The translations under genes were made by a program, and so were the position numbers. Positions 53,114 to 61,196 of a DNA stretch of 64,000 nucleotides are shown here, one piece after another. Where the stretch lies: NCBI GenBank assembly GCA_041739665.1, contig JBGSNK010000062.1:18063-82062 (forward strand). Direction: 5' to 3'. The notes beneath the pieces are model-generated. The model saw nothing but the letters and a program-made list of their open reading frames with translations. It had not been told where the DNA came from and searched no databases. This stretch comes from Bdellovibrionales bacterium. GTDB taxonomy: Bacteria > Bdellovibrionota > Bdellovibrionia > Bdellovibrionales > JAGQZY01. Every line of letters starts with the position of its first letter. The stretch's first letter is position 1.

Positions 53114-53947
53114 ATGTCATTAAGAATTGCTACAAACGTAGCCTCTATCAATGGACAAAGACAGCTTTTTAAAACCAATAACAATATGATGCGCTCGCTT
53201 GAGCGTTTGAGTTCTGGTTTTCGTATCAATCGTGCAGCTGACGATGCTGCTGGTCTCGCCATCTCTGAAAATTTGAGAGCACAGATACGAGGTCTTCGAC
53301 AGGCCAATCGCAATGCCAATGATGGTGTTTCGTTGGTGCAAATCGCAGAGGGCGGACTCAACGAAATTGGAAATATGCTGATTCGAATGAGAGAATTGGC
53401 GATTCAAGCCTCTTCGGATACAGTTGGCGATCGAGAACGTGGGTTTACGGATCTTGAATTTCAACAGCTCAAAAATGAAATGCAACGTATTTCAGAGGTA
53501 ACAGAATTCAATGGTACCCCCCTTCTGAATGGAACAGGCGGACTTTTGGATATACAGGTGGGTGTTCATAACAATCCATTCAATGATCGCATTTCATTTG
53601 ATACATCAAAAGCCGACTCCACTCTTATGGGCCTGGGTATTATCAATGAGACTGTTAGCTCAAAACAAACTGCCCAGAGCACTCTGAGCGTAATTGATGA
53701 AGCCATCACGAAAGTCAGTGGAATGAGGGCCAATTTTGGTGCTCTTCAAAACCGACTGATCTCCACAATCAACAACCTCAATATCTCTCACGAAAACTTG
53801 TCTGCAGCAAATAGCCGAATTCGGGATACTGATATGGCCGAGGAGAGTGCGGAACTTGCTAAGCACAATATTCTGATGCAGTCCGGGACTTCTGTCCTCG
53901 GACAAGCCAATCAAATTCAGAATGTTGCACTCAAGTTATTAAGCTAA
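53114..53947 (+). CDS. fliC: Flagellin
   Basis: 277 aa with MSLRIATNVASINGQRQL...AADDAAGLAISE and C-terminal SRIRDTDMAEESAELAKHNILMQSGTSVLGQAN. Confidence 0.95.
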   Translation: MSLRIATNVASINGQRQLFKTNNNMMRSLERLSSGFRINRAADDAAGLAISENLRAQIRGLRQANRNANDGVSLVQIAEGGLNEIGNMLIRMRELAIQASSDTVGDRERGFTDLEFQQLKNEMQRISEVTEFNGTPLLNGTGGLLDIQVGVHNNPFNDRISFDTSKADSTLMGLGIINETVSSKQTAQSTLSVIDEAITKVSGMRANFGALQNRLISTINNLNISHENLSAANSRIRDTDMAEESAELAKHNILMQSGTSVLGQANQIQNVALKLLS

Positions 53948-53957
53948 AAACTCATGA

Positions 53958-53990
53958 TTCGCTTCGCAAAGAAGCGAAAACTTTCGTTTC
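53958..53990 (+). terminator. Hairpin/terminator after flagellin 53114..53947
   Basis: TTCGCTTC-GCAAA-GAAGCGAA (8 bp), followed by a T-containing tail AACTTTCGTTTC. Confidence 0.45.
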
Positions 53991-54074
53991 TGGTGTCAGC
54001 ATCTTGTTTTTATTGAAATGAGCCCCAATATTTGACCTACAAAAACGATTCTTTCGGGTGTAGTTTCATGGATC

Positions 54075-56366
54075 ATGAATATGATTGATCCACTTATCAA
54101 GAAATCTATCCTTTGCATAACTTTGTACACATTAGCTGCATGTAGTGTGATCAACGCCCGCCCTGACCCGGAGCTGAGTCAGGAACAGCGTTTTGATTTT
54201 TTCACTCAAAACAAAGCTCCCCTAAAAAAGCCGGTTACGATCCGTTGGGACAATTTCAGTGTCCCCTTCATCGAGGCTGAGGAAGATACTGATTTGGCCT
54301 TTGCTGTGGGTGTGGTTCATGCTCATCTGCGCTTAGGGCAAATGGAACTGCTGCGTTTAGCGTCGCAAGGACGCATTAGCGAAGTGGCTGGCCCCCTTCC
54401 AATGGTTGAAGATATTGATAAATTCTTACGGACCATGAACTTTCCACTCGCAGCAAAAAACTCAAGACCTTTGATCAGTGATGAAGCCTGGGCGTGGACG
54501 GAATCCTTCACCCAGGGAATCAATTGGTATATGCAGCAAATGCCCCGACCTCCGGTGGAGTATCAAATGCTGGATCTTGAGCCCCGCCCTTTTGATCCCA
54601 TGGATATTATAACCATTGGAAAACTCATTGGTGTGGATCTCACTTGGGCGATTTACCTTAAGTACATCAAGATGCAAGAAAATCCTGACTGGCTGGCTCT
54701 CTATGAAGAGGATTTAAAAAAGTTAGAAGGTGCTCAGGCCACCGCCCCCATTCGCAATCCCATGCCAATTTTAGAACTCATCAAAAACTTTACGAAATCG
54801 GGAAGCAACTCATTAGTTGTCTCGGGTAAAAAGAGCCAAAGTGGTTCTGGACTTATTGCCAGCGACCCCCATGTGGGTTTGTTTTTACCTAACTTTTGGA
54901 TTTTGATGGGCATCAAGTCTCCAAGCTATCATTCGGTGGGTCTTATGATTCCTGGAACCCCTTTCATCGGAGTGGGACGCAATGCGGATATCGCCTGGGG
55001 TGGCACCAATATGCGAGCTATAAGTAGCCATCTTTACCAATGGGACGTTGAAAAAGATGGGCCACTCATCAGTCGAAATGAAGTGATTCAAAGGCGCTGG
55101 TGGAGCAACACATCTGTGGAAATTCGGGAAAGTGCAAAAGGTCCCGTGATTAACGACCTCTCTTATTTTAATCAAGAAAGCCAACCGGGCCCCATTGTTA
55201 TAGATTGGGTGGGATGGCGTGGATCCGACGAACTCACACCCTTTTTAAAGGTGATGCGGGCAAAAAATTGGAAACAATTTCGTTCCGCATTTGCGGGCTA
55301 CCAAATCCCTGCAATGAATATGCTTTACGCCGATCACAAAGGCCATATCGGGATGGTTCCAGCCTATGGACAGCCCGTCTTAAAAAACAGCAAACTAACT
55401 CTCAAATTGCTAAAAAAAACTGACAATCCAATTGTGGGTATATTAAAGCCGACCGAACAAGAAAACCCTTTTGACCCAGATTCTGGATTTATTGCGTCGG
55501 CTAACAACAAGCCATTCGATAATCCCCCCATCCCCTACTCTCTAAGCTTCTCAAGCGACGAACGTTTTTTGCGAATGCAAACACTTCTGGGGCCCACTCA
55601 AAAAGTGGATGTGGAGTTTTTAAAAGATTTGCAACAAGATGTTTACTCTGCATTATCGCATAGTCTCAATAAAGATTGGTTCATAAAAAAAAAAGACCTA
55701 AAGCTCGATAGAGAGCTAGAAAAAGCTTTTGAAACTCTCAAAAAATGGGATGGTCATTATAAAGCCAACAGCGAGGGTGCAGCCCTCTTTGAACTGATCA
55801 TTTATCATGCTTGGCAACAGCGCTTATCGGAATTAAAAAAGGGAACATGGCAAAAAGAGTATTTCGATCAACAGAGCGAGCCTGGCAAGCTCTTAATTCC
55901 ATGGTTCCAAAGCCTATCGCCCACTCGATATCAAGATTCTTTTGTAACCTGGTTAGGAAAGGCTGCTCAAGACTGGCAACAACACCCCACTTGGGGTGAT
56001 CTCCATATCCAGACCCAAATGTCACCCTACGGGTTTATTCCTTTAATAGGTTCACGTTTTCAGCGCCAAACCTACCCCCTTGCTGGCGGGAATAACACAC
56101 TCAATAAAGCGGGAAGGCGGCTGTCCAATCAAAAAGAGCAGGTCACCTACGGAGCGAGCGCCCGTCATATCAGCGACCTTTCCGATTTAGATAAAAACTT
56201 TTTTGTGTTAAATGGCGGTCAGGATGGTTGGTTGTTCAATCACAATATAGATGATCAAACACCACTATGGCGCTCTGGTGAATATATTCAATTGCCCCTC
56301 AGTGAAAAAGGCGTGCGCACCCACTTTCGCAAGTATCAACACCAGATCTTTCCATTAAATAAATAA
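54075..56366 (+). CDS. Penicillin acylase-family Ntn hydrolase (possible acyl-homoserine-lactone acylase), lipoprotein
   Basis: 763 aa with lipobox LAACS. The family pattern includes the processing site/nucleophile region KSGSNSLVVSG...IASDPH. The length and alpha/beta organisation are typical. Confidence 0.85.
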   Translation: MNMIDPLIKKSILCITLYTLAACSVINARPDPELSQEQRFDFFTQNKAPLKKPVTIRWDNFSVPFIEAEEDTDLAFAVGVVHAHLRLGQMELLRLASQGRISEVAGPLPMVEDIDKFLRTMNFPLAAKNSRPLISDEAWAWTESFTQGINWYMQQMPRPPVEYQMLDLEPRPFDPMDIITIGKLIGVDLTWAIYLKYIKMQENPDWLALYEEDLKKLEGAQATAPIRNPMPILELIKNFTKSGSNSLVVSGKKSQSGSGLIASDPHVGLFLPNFWILMGIKSPSYHSVGLMIPGTPFIGVGRNADIAWGGTNMRAISSHLYQWDVEKDGPLISRNEVIQRRWWSNTSVEIRESAKGPVINDLSYFNQESQPGPIVIDWVGWRGSDELTPFLKVMRAKNWKQFRSAFAGYQIPAMNMLYADHKGHIGMVPAYGQPVLKNSKLTLKLLKKTDNPIVGILKPTEQENPFDPDSGFIASANNKPFDNPPIPYSLSFSSDERFLRMQTLLGPTQKVDVEFLKDLQQDVYSALSHSLNKDWFIKKKDLKLDRELEKAFETLKKWDGHYKANSEGAALFELIIYHAWQQRLSELKKGTWQKEYFDQQSEPGKLLIPWFQSLSPTRYQDSFVTWLGKAAQDWQQHPTWGDLHIQTQMSPYGFIPLIGSRFQRQTYPLAGGNNTLNKAGRRLSNQKEQVTYGASARHISDLSDLDKNFFVLNGGQDGWLFNHNIDDQTPLWRSGEYIQLPLSEKGVRTHFRKYQHQIFPLNK

Positions 56367-56436
56367 AAAATCTAAATTTTCTAGGACCATATCCAACATA
56401 AGGATACTATGAAGTCTGATAACATTTGGGGAATTC

Positions 56437-57321
56437 ATGAGAATTATTTATTATATCATCAGCCTTTGTTTTCTCAATTGCAGCAGCTTCAACCAGAAGG
56501 ATTGGAATGAGTCCATATTAAACAAGCTGAAACAAGCAGCCGTGGACATACAAAGACATGAATATTCTGGCAAAAAAGATTTCGGGAAGAAATTTCTAGA
56601 CCAAAATGAGATGGAGATCCAAAGCCTTGTTCCCAGGAACTGGGGTGATGCACGAGTTGCGATGGACTCTTTACGACGAATCTTTTTTTATACGAACGAT
56701 TCTCGAATCTCTTCGAAAATGGAGGATCTCTATTGGTTTCTTGATATCGATAAGTTTATTCGAGATGAAGATCATAAACTTGTATACGAGGCCTACCTCA
56801 TCACAAGGCAGTTTGATAAGGCAAAAAAATTTAGAGGACGACTGCATAAAATGAGAGCCAAAGATCTTTCTGTTGTACAAATAAACGATGCTAACCTAAA
56901 TCTAAAAAAACCAAATCTCATGAATATTCTCAGCGAAACTCAATTGATGATTCAACAATTTCCAATTAATGAATTTAGCGGAATTCTCATTATTGCAAGC
57001 CTCAACTGTTATTGGAGCATCAGTGCCCTTGAAGAGTTGAGTAGCAAAAAAGGTCAGTTGGATCTAAAGAGTAATGAGATTATCGTGCTTGCACCACAAA
57101 GAGATAAGGACCTAGTATCTATGAACAAATGGAACAAAAAACACCCGTCTCTCCCCTTACATTTGGTTTACGACGAAGCACTTTACGCCGACTTAGATTT
57201 CAATAATGTTCCCAAATTTTATTTTTATAAATCTGGGACGATCGTAGACTCGATTTCGGGCTGGAACCCTGACGAAAATCCAATGAATAGTTTTCTAAAG
57301 AGTTTAAGAAAAATTCACTAA
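56437..57321 (+). CDS. Hypothetical exported protein with C-terminal thioredoxin-fold (TlpA-like) domain carrying CxxS instead of CxxC
   Basis: 294 aa. IIASLNCYWSISA occupies the active-site position, and VPKFYFYKSGTIVDSISGW matches the cis-Pro/beta-strand region of TlpA-like redoxins. Confidence 0.45.
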   Translation: MRIIYYIISLCFLNCSSFNQKDWNESILNKLKQAAVDIQRHEYSGKKDFGKKFLDQNEMEIQSLVPRNWGDARVAMDSLRRIFFYTNDSRISSKMEDLYWFLDIDKFIRDEDHKLVYEAYLITRQFDKAKKFRGRLHKMRAKDLSVVQINDANLNLKKPNLMNILSETQLMIQQFPINEFSGILIIASLNCYWSISALEELSSKKGQLDLKSNEIIVLAPQRDKDLVSMNKWNKKHPSLPLHLVYDEALYADLDFNNVPKFYFYKSGTIVDSISGWNPDENPMNSFLKSLRKIH

Positions 57322-57435
57322 TTTCTATGTCGATTTTGAAAAAACCAAAAACTTTACTAGCCTATGTCTATTAACGGTGGACACTCTAGAATTCCTTTTC
57401 TACCATAGAGTAAAAAATAAACCCGAGGAGATGAA

Positions 57436-58011
57436 ATGCGTCTGATATCGTTATCTATTTTTACAATTGCCCTGAGTCTTTTTGCTAATTTAAGTTATGC
57501 AAAATCTGGATTTGGTCTTAATGTGGGAGCGGGAATTCCCTTTCTTATGCAAGGTGGTATTAACTATCGCATGAGTGACACTCTTGGTTTTTCTGCTGCC
57601 TACAACATTTTAGATGTGAATGTTGGAACTGCATCGGTTGACCTTACTATGCCGGAAGTTCTGGTTCACTATCACCCTTTTAAAGGTGCCTTTTTTATTG
57701 GCGCCGGCATTGGTCAAGAAAGTCTTAAAGTCAGCGCAACAGATTTACTCACTTCACTGCAAACAAGTGCTGAAGTCACTGCTATGACTGGAATTGTGAA
57801 AACCGGATGGATGTGGGGTGCAACCAGTGAAGGATTTTGGTTTGGTGTCGACATATCTTATATCTCCCCCTTTTCACCCACCACAACTATCACAGCTCCT
57901 GGTGTCCCAACAACTTCCCAAGAATATCTTGATGTTGTTGATGCCGCCAATCAGTTCGGAGAAACTGGGTACATCAACTTCACATTTGCTCGTCTAGGTT
58001 ACATTTTCTAG
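57436..58011 (+). CDS. Small outer-membrane beta-barrel protein
   Basis: 191 aa with signal peptide ...FANLSYA, alternating hydrophobic strands rich in G/A/Y, and the C-terminal ...ARLGYIF ending in Phe. Confidence 0.55.
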   Translation: MRLISLSIFTIALSLFANLSYAKSGFGLNVGAGIPFLMQGGINYRMSDTLGFSAAYNILDVNVGTASVDLTMPEVLVHYHPFKGAFFIGAGIGQESLKVSATDLLTSLQTSAEVTAMTGIVKTGWMWGATSEGFWFGVDISYISPFSPTTTITAPGVPTTSQEYLDVVDAANQFGETGYINFTFARLGYIF

Positions 58012-58125
58012 TAAACAGGGAAATTTCACGATTGCAAAAGAATTCTACTTACTTTTGATATATGATTTTACAGGTCGTGCGACCTGTGAATATTTAGGGT
58101 GAATATTTAAGACAAATCAAAGGAA

Positions 58126-58156
58126 ATAAAAAAAGGCCGCATTTGACTGCGGCCTT
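58126..58156 (-). terminator. Rho-independent terminator of the 408-aa lipoprotein gene (possibly bidirectional)
   Basis: AAGGCCGCA-N6-TGCGGCCTT (9-bp stem), followed on the minus strand by TTTTTTATTT. Confidence 0.7.
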
Positions 58157-58205
58157 AGTGATTTAGGGTTCTATAAAAGCCTGAAGTTTCCAGGCTAGTT
58201 CATGA

Positions 58206-59432
58206 TTATTGTAACGGGACTCTAACTGCTCCACCTTTTTCTATAATCTCATTCGGGTTATAGCGGAACCACATATCAAAGGCTGTTCCCAGGCGAATTT
58301 TATCACCATTGTTTCTGAAGTGGACAAGAGCTTTATACATAATAACATTTTGGTGTTGGTCGCGCTCTGTAAAGTTACGATTCACTTGCAGATGGATGGA
58401 AGCGATTCCGGCCTCATGTAGTGATATTAACTCGGACTGACGCTCTTCTGCAGTTGCTACCTTACCATTGCGGTTTTTGTCGTGCCACAGACGAAGTTTT
58501 GTAAAGATCGCATCGTCAGCATCAATAAAACCATTGTTAAAAAAGTTCCCTTGGTTGCCACTGTCGCCGCGATCCCATTTGCGAAGGGCTTCAAAACCGT
58601 CGGTTGCAAAAGGACGAGAATCAGAAGGACCAAATGTATTATCGCCAAATAGTTGGTCAATACTTAATACATTTCCATTTTTATCGGGAAGTACTAAGAA
58701 CTGATAGCGAGTCTGGTCAGACTGAACCCAACTGATTTGATACTCAAAGTTCTTACCCGCTTCGTTAATATGAAGAAAACTATCGTCAAGTCGAGCGCGA
58801 GTCTGTTTCCCAAGAAGCTTAAAACGTGTGCCTTCCTGAGGTGAAGATAGGTCTAAATCGCCGCTTCTGAAGTAGGAATCACTGGAGTTTCGCAATTGCT
58901 GAGAAGCCTGCTTAAGATCACCGCGCGTGTACTCAACACCTACAGTATCAATCATAAGTGGATCACCACCACCATCTCCACCACCATTTGAGGCGATTGG
59001 TCTTCGAATCGTTGTATCCGTCGGACGAGGTGGAGGAGGTAAAACATTGGGATCTGTTGGTGGGATGACCACAACCGGCGGATTCGTCGTAGTAGGTGGA
59101 TTCGTCGTAGTAGGTGGATTCGTGGTTGTAGGCGGATTCGTAGTTGTGGGCGGAATCACAACCGGGTTATTCGGATTACCCGGATCCGTTGTTGTCGGGT
59201 TATCTGTAGGAGGGTTTGTCACTGGCGGAACCACTGTAAATCCATCATCAAAAGGATCACTTCCTACATTTGAATCAACTGGGTTAGCAAAAACAGGGTT
59301 TTCCGATAAAAAGGCATCCTCTTCGGATCCACTAAAACTTGCAAATTGATTGCAATTGCTAAGCCCTAATATAGCTAATGATAAGATTGCCACTTGTATC
59401 CATTTGGTTTGTGGCTTTACTGTTGTTTCCAT
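58206..59432 (-). CDS. Hypothetical lipoprotein with (NPPTTT)n repeats and EF-hand-like Ca-binding loops
   Basis: 408 aa with lipobox-like ILGLSNC and a Pro/Thr-rich linker containing NPPTTT x4-5. The C-terminal domain has DKNGNVLSIDQL and DKNRNGKVATAE (DxNxNG...E) loops. Confidence 0.55.
   Translation of the reverse strand: METTVKPQTKWIQVAILSLAILGLSNCNQFASFSGSEEDAFLSENPVFANPVDSNVGSDPFDDGFTVVPPVTNPPTDNPTTTDPGNPNNPVVIPPTTTNPPTTTNPPTTTNPPTTTNPPVVVIPPTDPNVLPPPPRPTDTTIRRPIASNGGGDGGGDPLMIDTVGVEYTRGDLKQASQQLRNSSDSYFRSGDLDLSSPQEGTRFKLLGKQTRARLDDSFLHINEAGKNFEYQISWVQSDQTRYQFLVLPDKNGNVLSIDQLFGDNTFGPSDSRPFATDGFEALRKWDRGDSGNQGNFFNNGFIDADDAIFTKLRLWHDKNRNGKVATAEERQSELISLHEAGIASIHLQVNRNFTERDQHQNVIMYKALVHFRNNGDKIRLGTAFDMWFRYNPNEIIEKGGAVRVPLQ
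59077..59166 (-). repeat. 18-bp in-frame tandem repeat (4 good + 1 degenerate units) encoding NPPTTT
   Basis: Plus-strand units are GGYGGATTCGTNGTWGTR, starting at 59077, 59095, 59113, 59131 and 59149. Confidence 0.85.
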
Positions 59433-59680
59433 AAGAAAACCTCCTAAATCATCTCTTTGTAGAGCAACAGTGATACCAAGTGTGCCAATTCCTCTGAAAA
59501 CAAAATGGTCACATAAGCAAAATGACAGCTGGCTAAAAGTTCGACAATTAGCGTTTCATAACGAAACAATTGAGCTTTTTGTGTGTTGAGATTGTACACA
59601 TGGCTAAGACAAAAAAGGGCACTTTCGGGACCCTCATCTGGCTTTTTACCAAAAGCAATGGGATAATTATCAAAGAGACC

Positions 59681-61195
59681 ATGTCTCTGGGGGAAGATTC
59701 TTTGTTAAAAAAGTTGAGATGGGCATTCTTTATTACAAGCTTTGCAGCTGTTCTCCTTATTTTCCAGAATTGTGGAAACAAGTTTGCCGCAAAAACAGAC
59801 CGAGTGCCCGGTCTTGGCTCCGTATGTAAGGCACAGAAAAGCAAACTTTCTCCTTTTCAGATCCAGAAATTACAATTAGACAATCAAAACCACTCCACTC
59901 ATTTGCAAAAAATGGGCACACCTCAAACTCTTGAACTGGCTCTTGTCGTGGACTCCCAATGTGTTCGCGCTAAATCCCAGCCTTTAGAATTTCTTGGTCA
60001 AACATTTGAAATCAATTCGATTGTTCCCAATCAGAAGCGAGTTGCGGTGGATCTCAACTTCCCAATTCTACCAGATGAAAGCGTTCTGTCGCAGGCGTTA
60101 GATAGCAATTCATGTTTCATTGGACTGACAGAAAACAAACCCGTCAAAACGGGCCAAACAACTGTATCTGAATCGGTGAATGATCCCCAGGCCAGTCAAC
60201 AGGGGCACCTTCAGTTTATGGGTTATCCAGATAGCCTTGTCTTACAACGGCAAATTACGAGTTCTGTTGTCGTGGCCGTGATCGATACTGGTGTGGACTA
60301 CAACCACTTCGATCTAAGAAACAGAATGTGGCAAAGTCCGCAGGGCGAAAGGGGTTTTAACTTCATTAATAACTCCAACAATCCTATGGATGATGACGGC
60401 CATGGTACCCATGTAGCTGGAATCATAGCCGCTGAAGAAAACAATGCAGTTGGTGGAACAGGACTCACTCTAGCATTCACTCGTATCATGGCTGTTAAGG
60501 CCTTAGGAGCAGATGGAGTCGGCACCTCTCAAGATGTTTACAATGGAATTATGTACGCTATTAATAATGGAGCTGACATTATTAATTTAAGCGTCGAAGC
60601 ACCCGGTCAAAACACTTTACTAGAAGATGCTTTGAACCAAGCGGTTAATGCTGGAGTTGTCGTTATTGCTTCAACTGGCAACCAAGGCGAGGAAATTCTG
60701 CCTACAAATCTTTTTGCACCTGCCTACATCGCCCCCCAATTTGAGGGTGTCATTTCGGTAGCCTCTATTGATAGTCAAGACGCGCGCTTGTCTTTTTACT
60801 CTAACTACAGCTCTTTTTACACCGAATTCTCAGCCCCCGGGGCCGAAATCTCTGCTAACTTTCAGCGGGGTATTTTAAGCACGGATCTCAACAATCGTTA
60901 CACTCGAATTATGGGGACATCCCAATCCTCACCCATGGTGACATCGGCCGCGGCCATTCTCATTGGCTATCTTAAAACACAAGGCCTTTCGTACACGCCC
61001 GCGGGGGTTGAGAGTTTTCTGAAGAGCGATGGAAGTGGCTTGAGTCCTCAACTTGAACCCTATATTGTCGGTGGAAGAGTGGCTCATATTGGTTTTTTGA
61101 GCTCGAACCTGATTCAATACTTTGAAAGTCTGAACAATGGAGATATGACTTTTGATGGAGACAACAGCACTGGCAATCAATGTGTGATCAATTGA
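59681..61195 (+). CDS. Subtilisin-like serine protease (peptidase S8)
   Basis: The Asp/His/Ser triad motifs are VAVIDTGVDYNH, HGTHVAGIIAA and GTSQSSPMV. The ATG at 59681 gives an N-terminal signal peptide (KKLRWAFFITSFAAVLLIFQNC). The ORF track extends to a TTG at 59570, and another ATG lies at 59600. Confidence 0.85.
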   Translation: MSLGEDSLLKKLRWAFFITSFAAVLLIFQNCGNKFAAKTDRVPGLGSVCKAQKSKLSPFQIQKLQLDNQNHSTHLQKMGTPQTLELALVVDSQCVRAKSQPLEFLGQTFEINSIVPNQKRVAVDLNFPILPDESVLSQALDSNSCFIGLTENKPVKTGQTTVSESVNDPQASQQGHLQFMGYPDSLVLQRQITSSVVVAVIDTGVDYNHFDLRNRMWQSPQGERGFNFINNSNNPMDDDGHGTHVAGIIAAEENNAVGGTGLTLAFTRIMAVKALGADGVGTSQDVYNGIMYAINNGADIINLSVEAPGQNTLLEDALNQAVNAGVVVIASTGNQGEEILPTNLFAPAYIAPQFEGVISVASIDSQDARLSFYSNYSSFYTEFSAPGAEISANFQRGILSTDLNNRYTRIMGTSQSSPMVTSAAAILIGYLKTQGLSYTPAGVESFLKSDGSGLSPQLEPYIVGGRVAHIGFLSSNLIQYFESLNNGDMTFDGDNSTGNQCVIN

Positions 61196-61196
61196 T

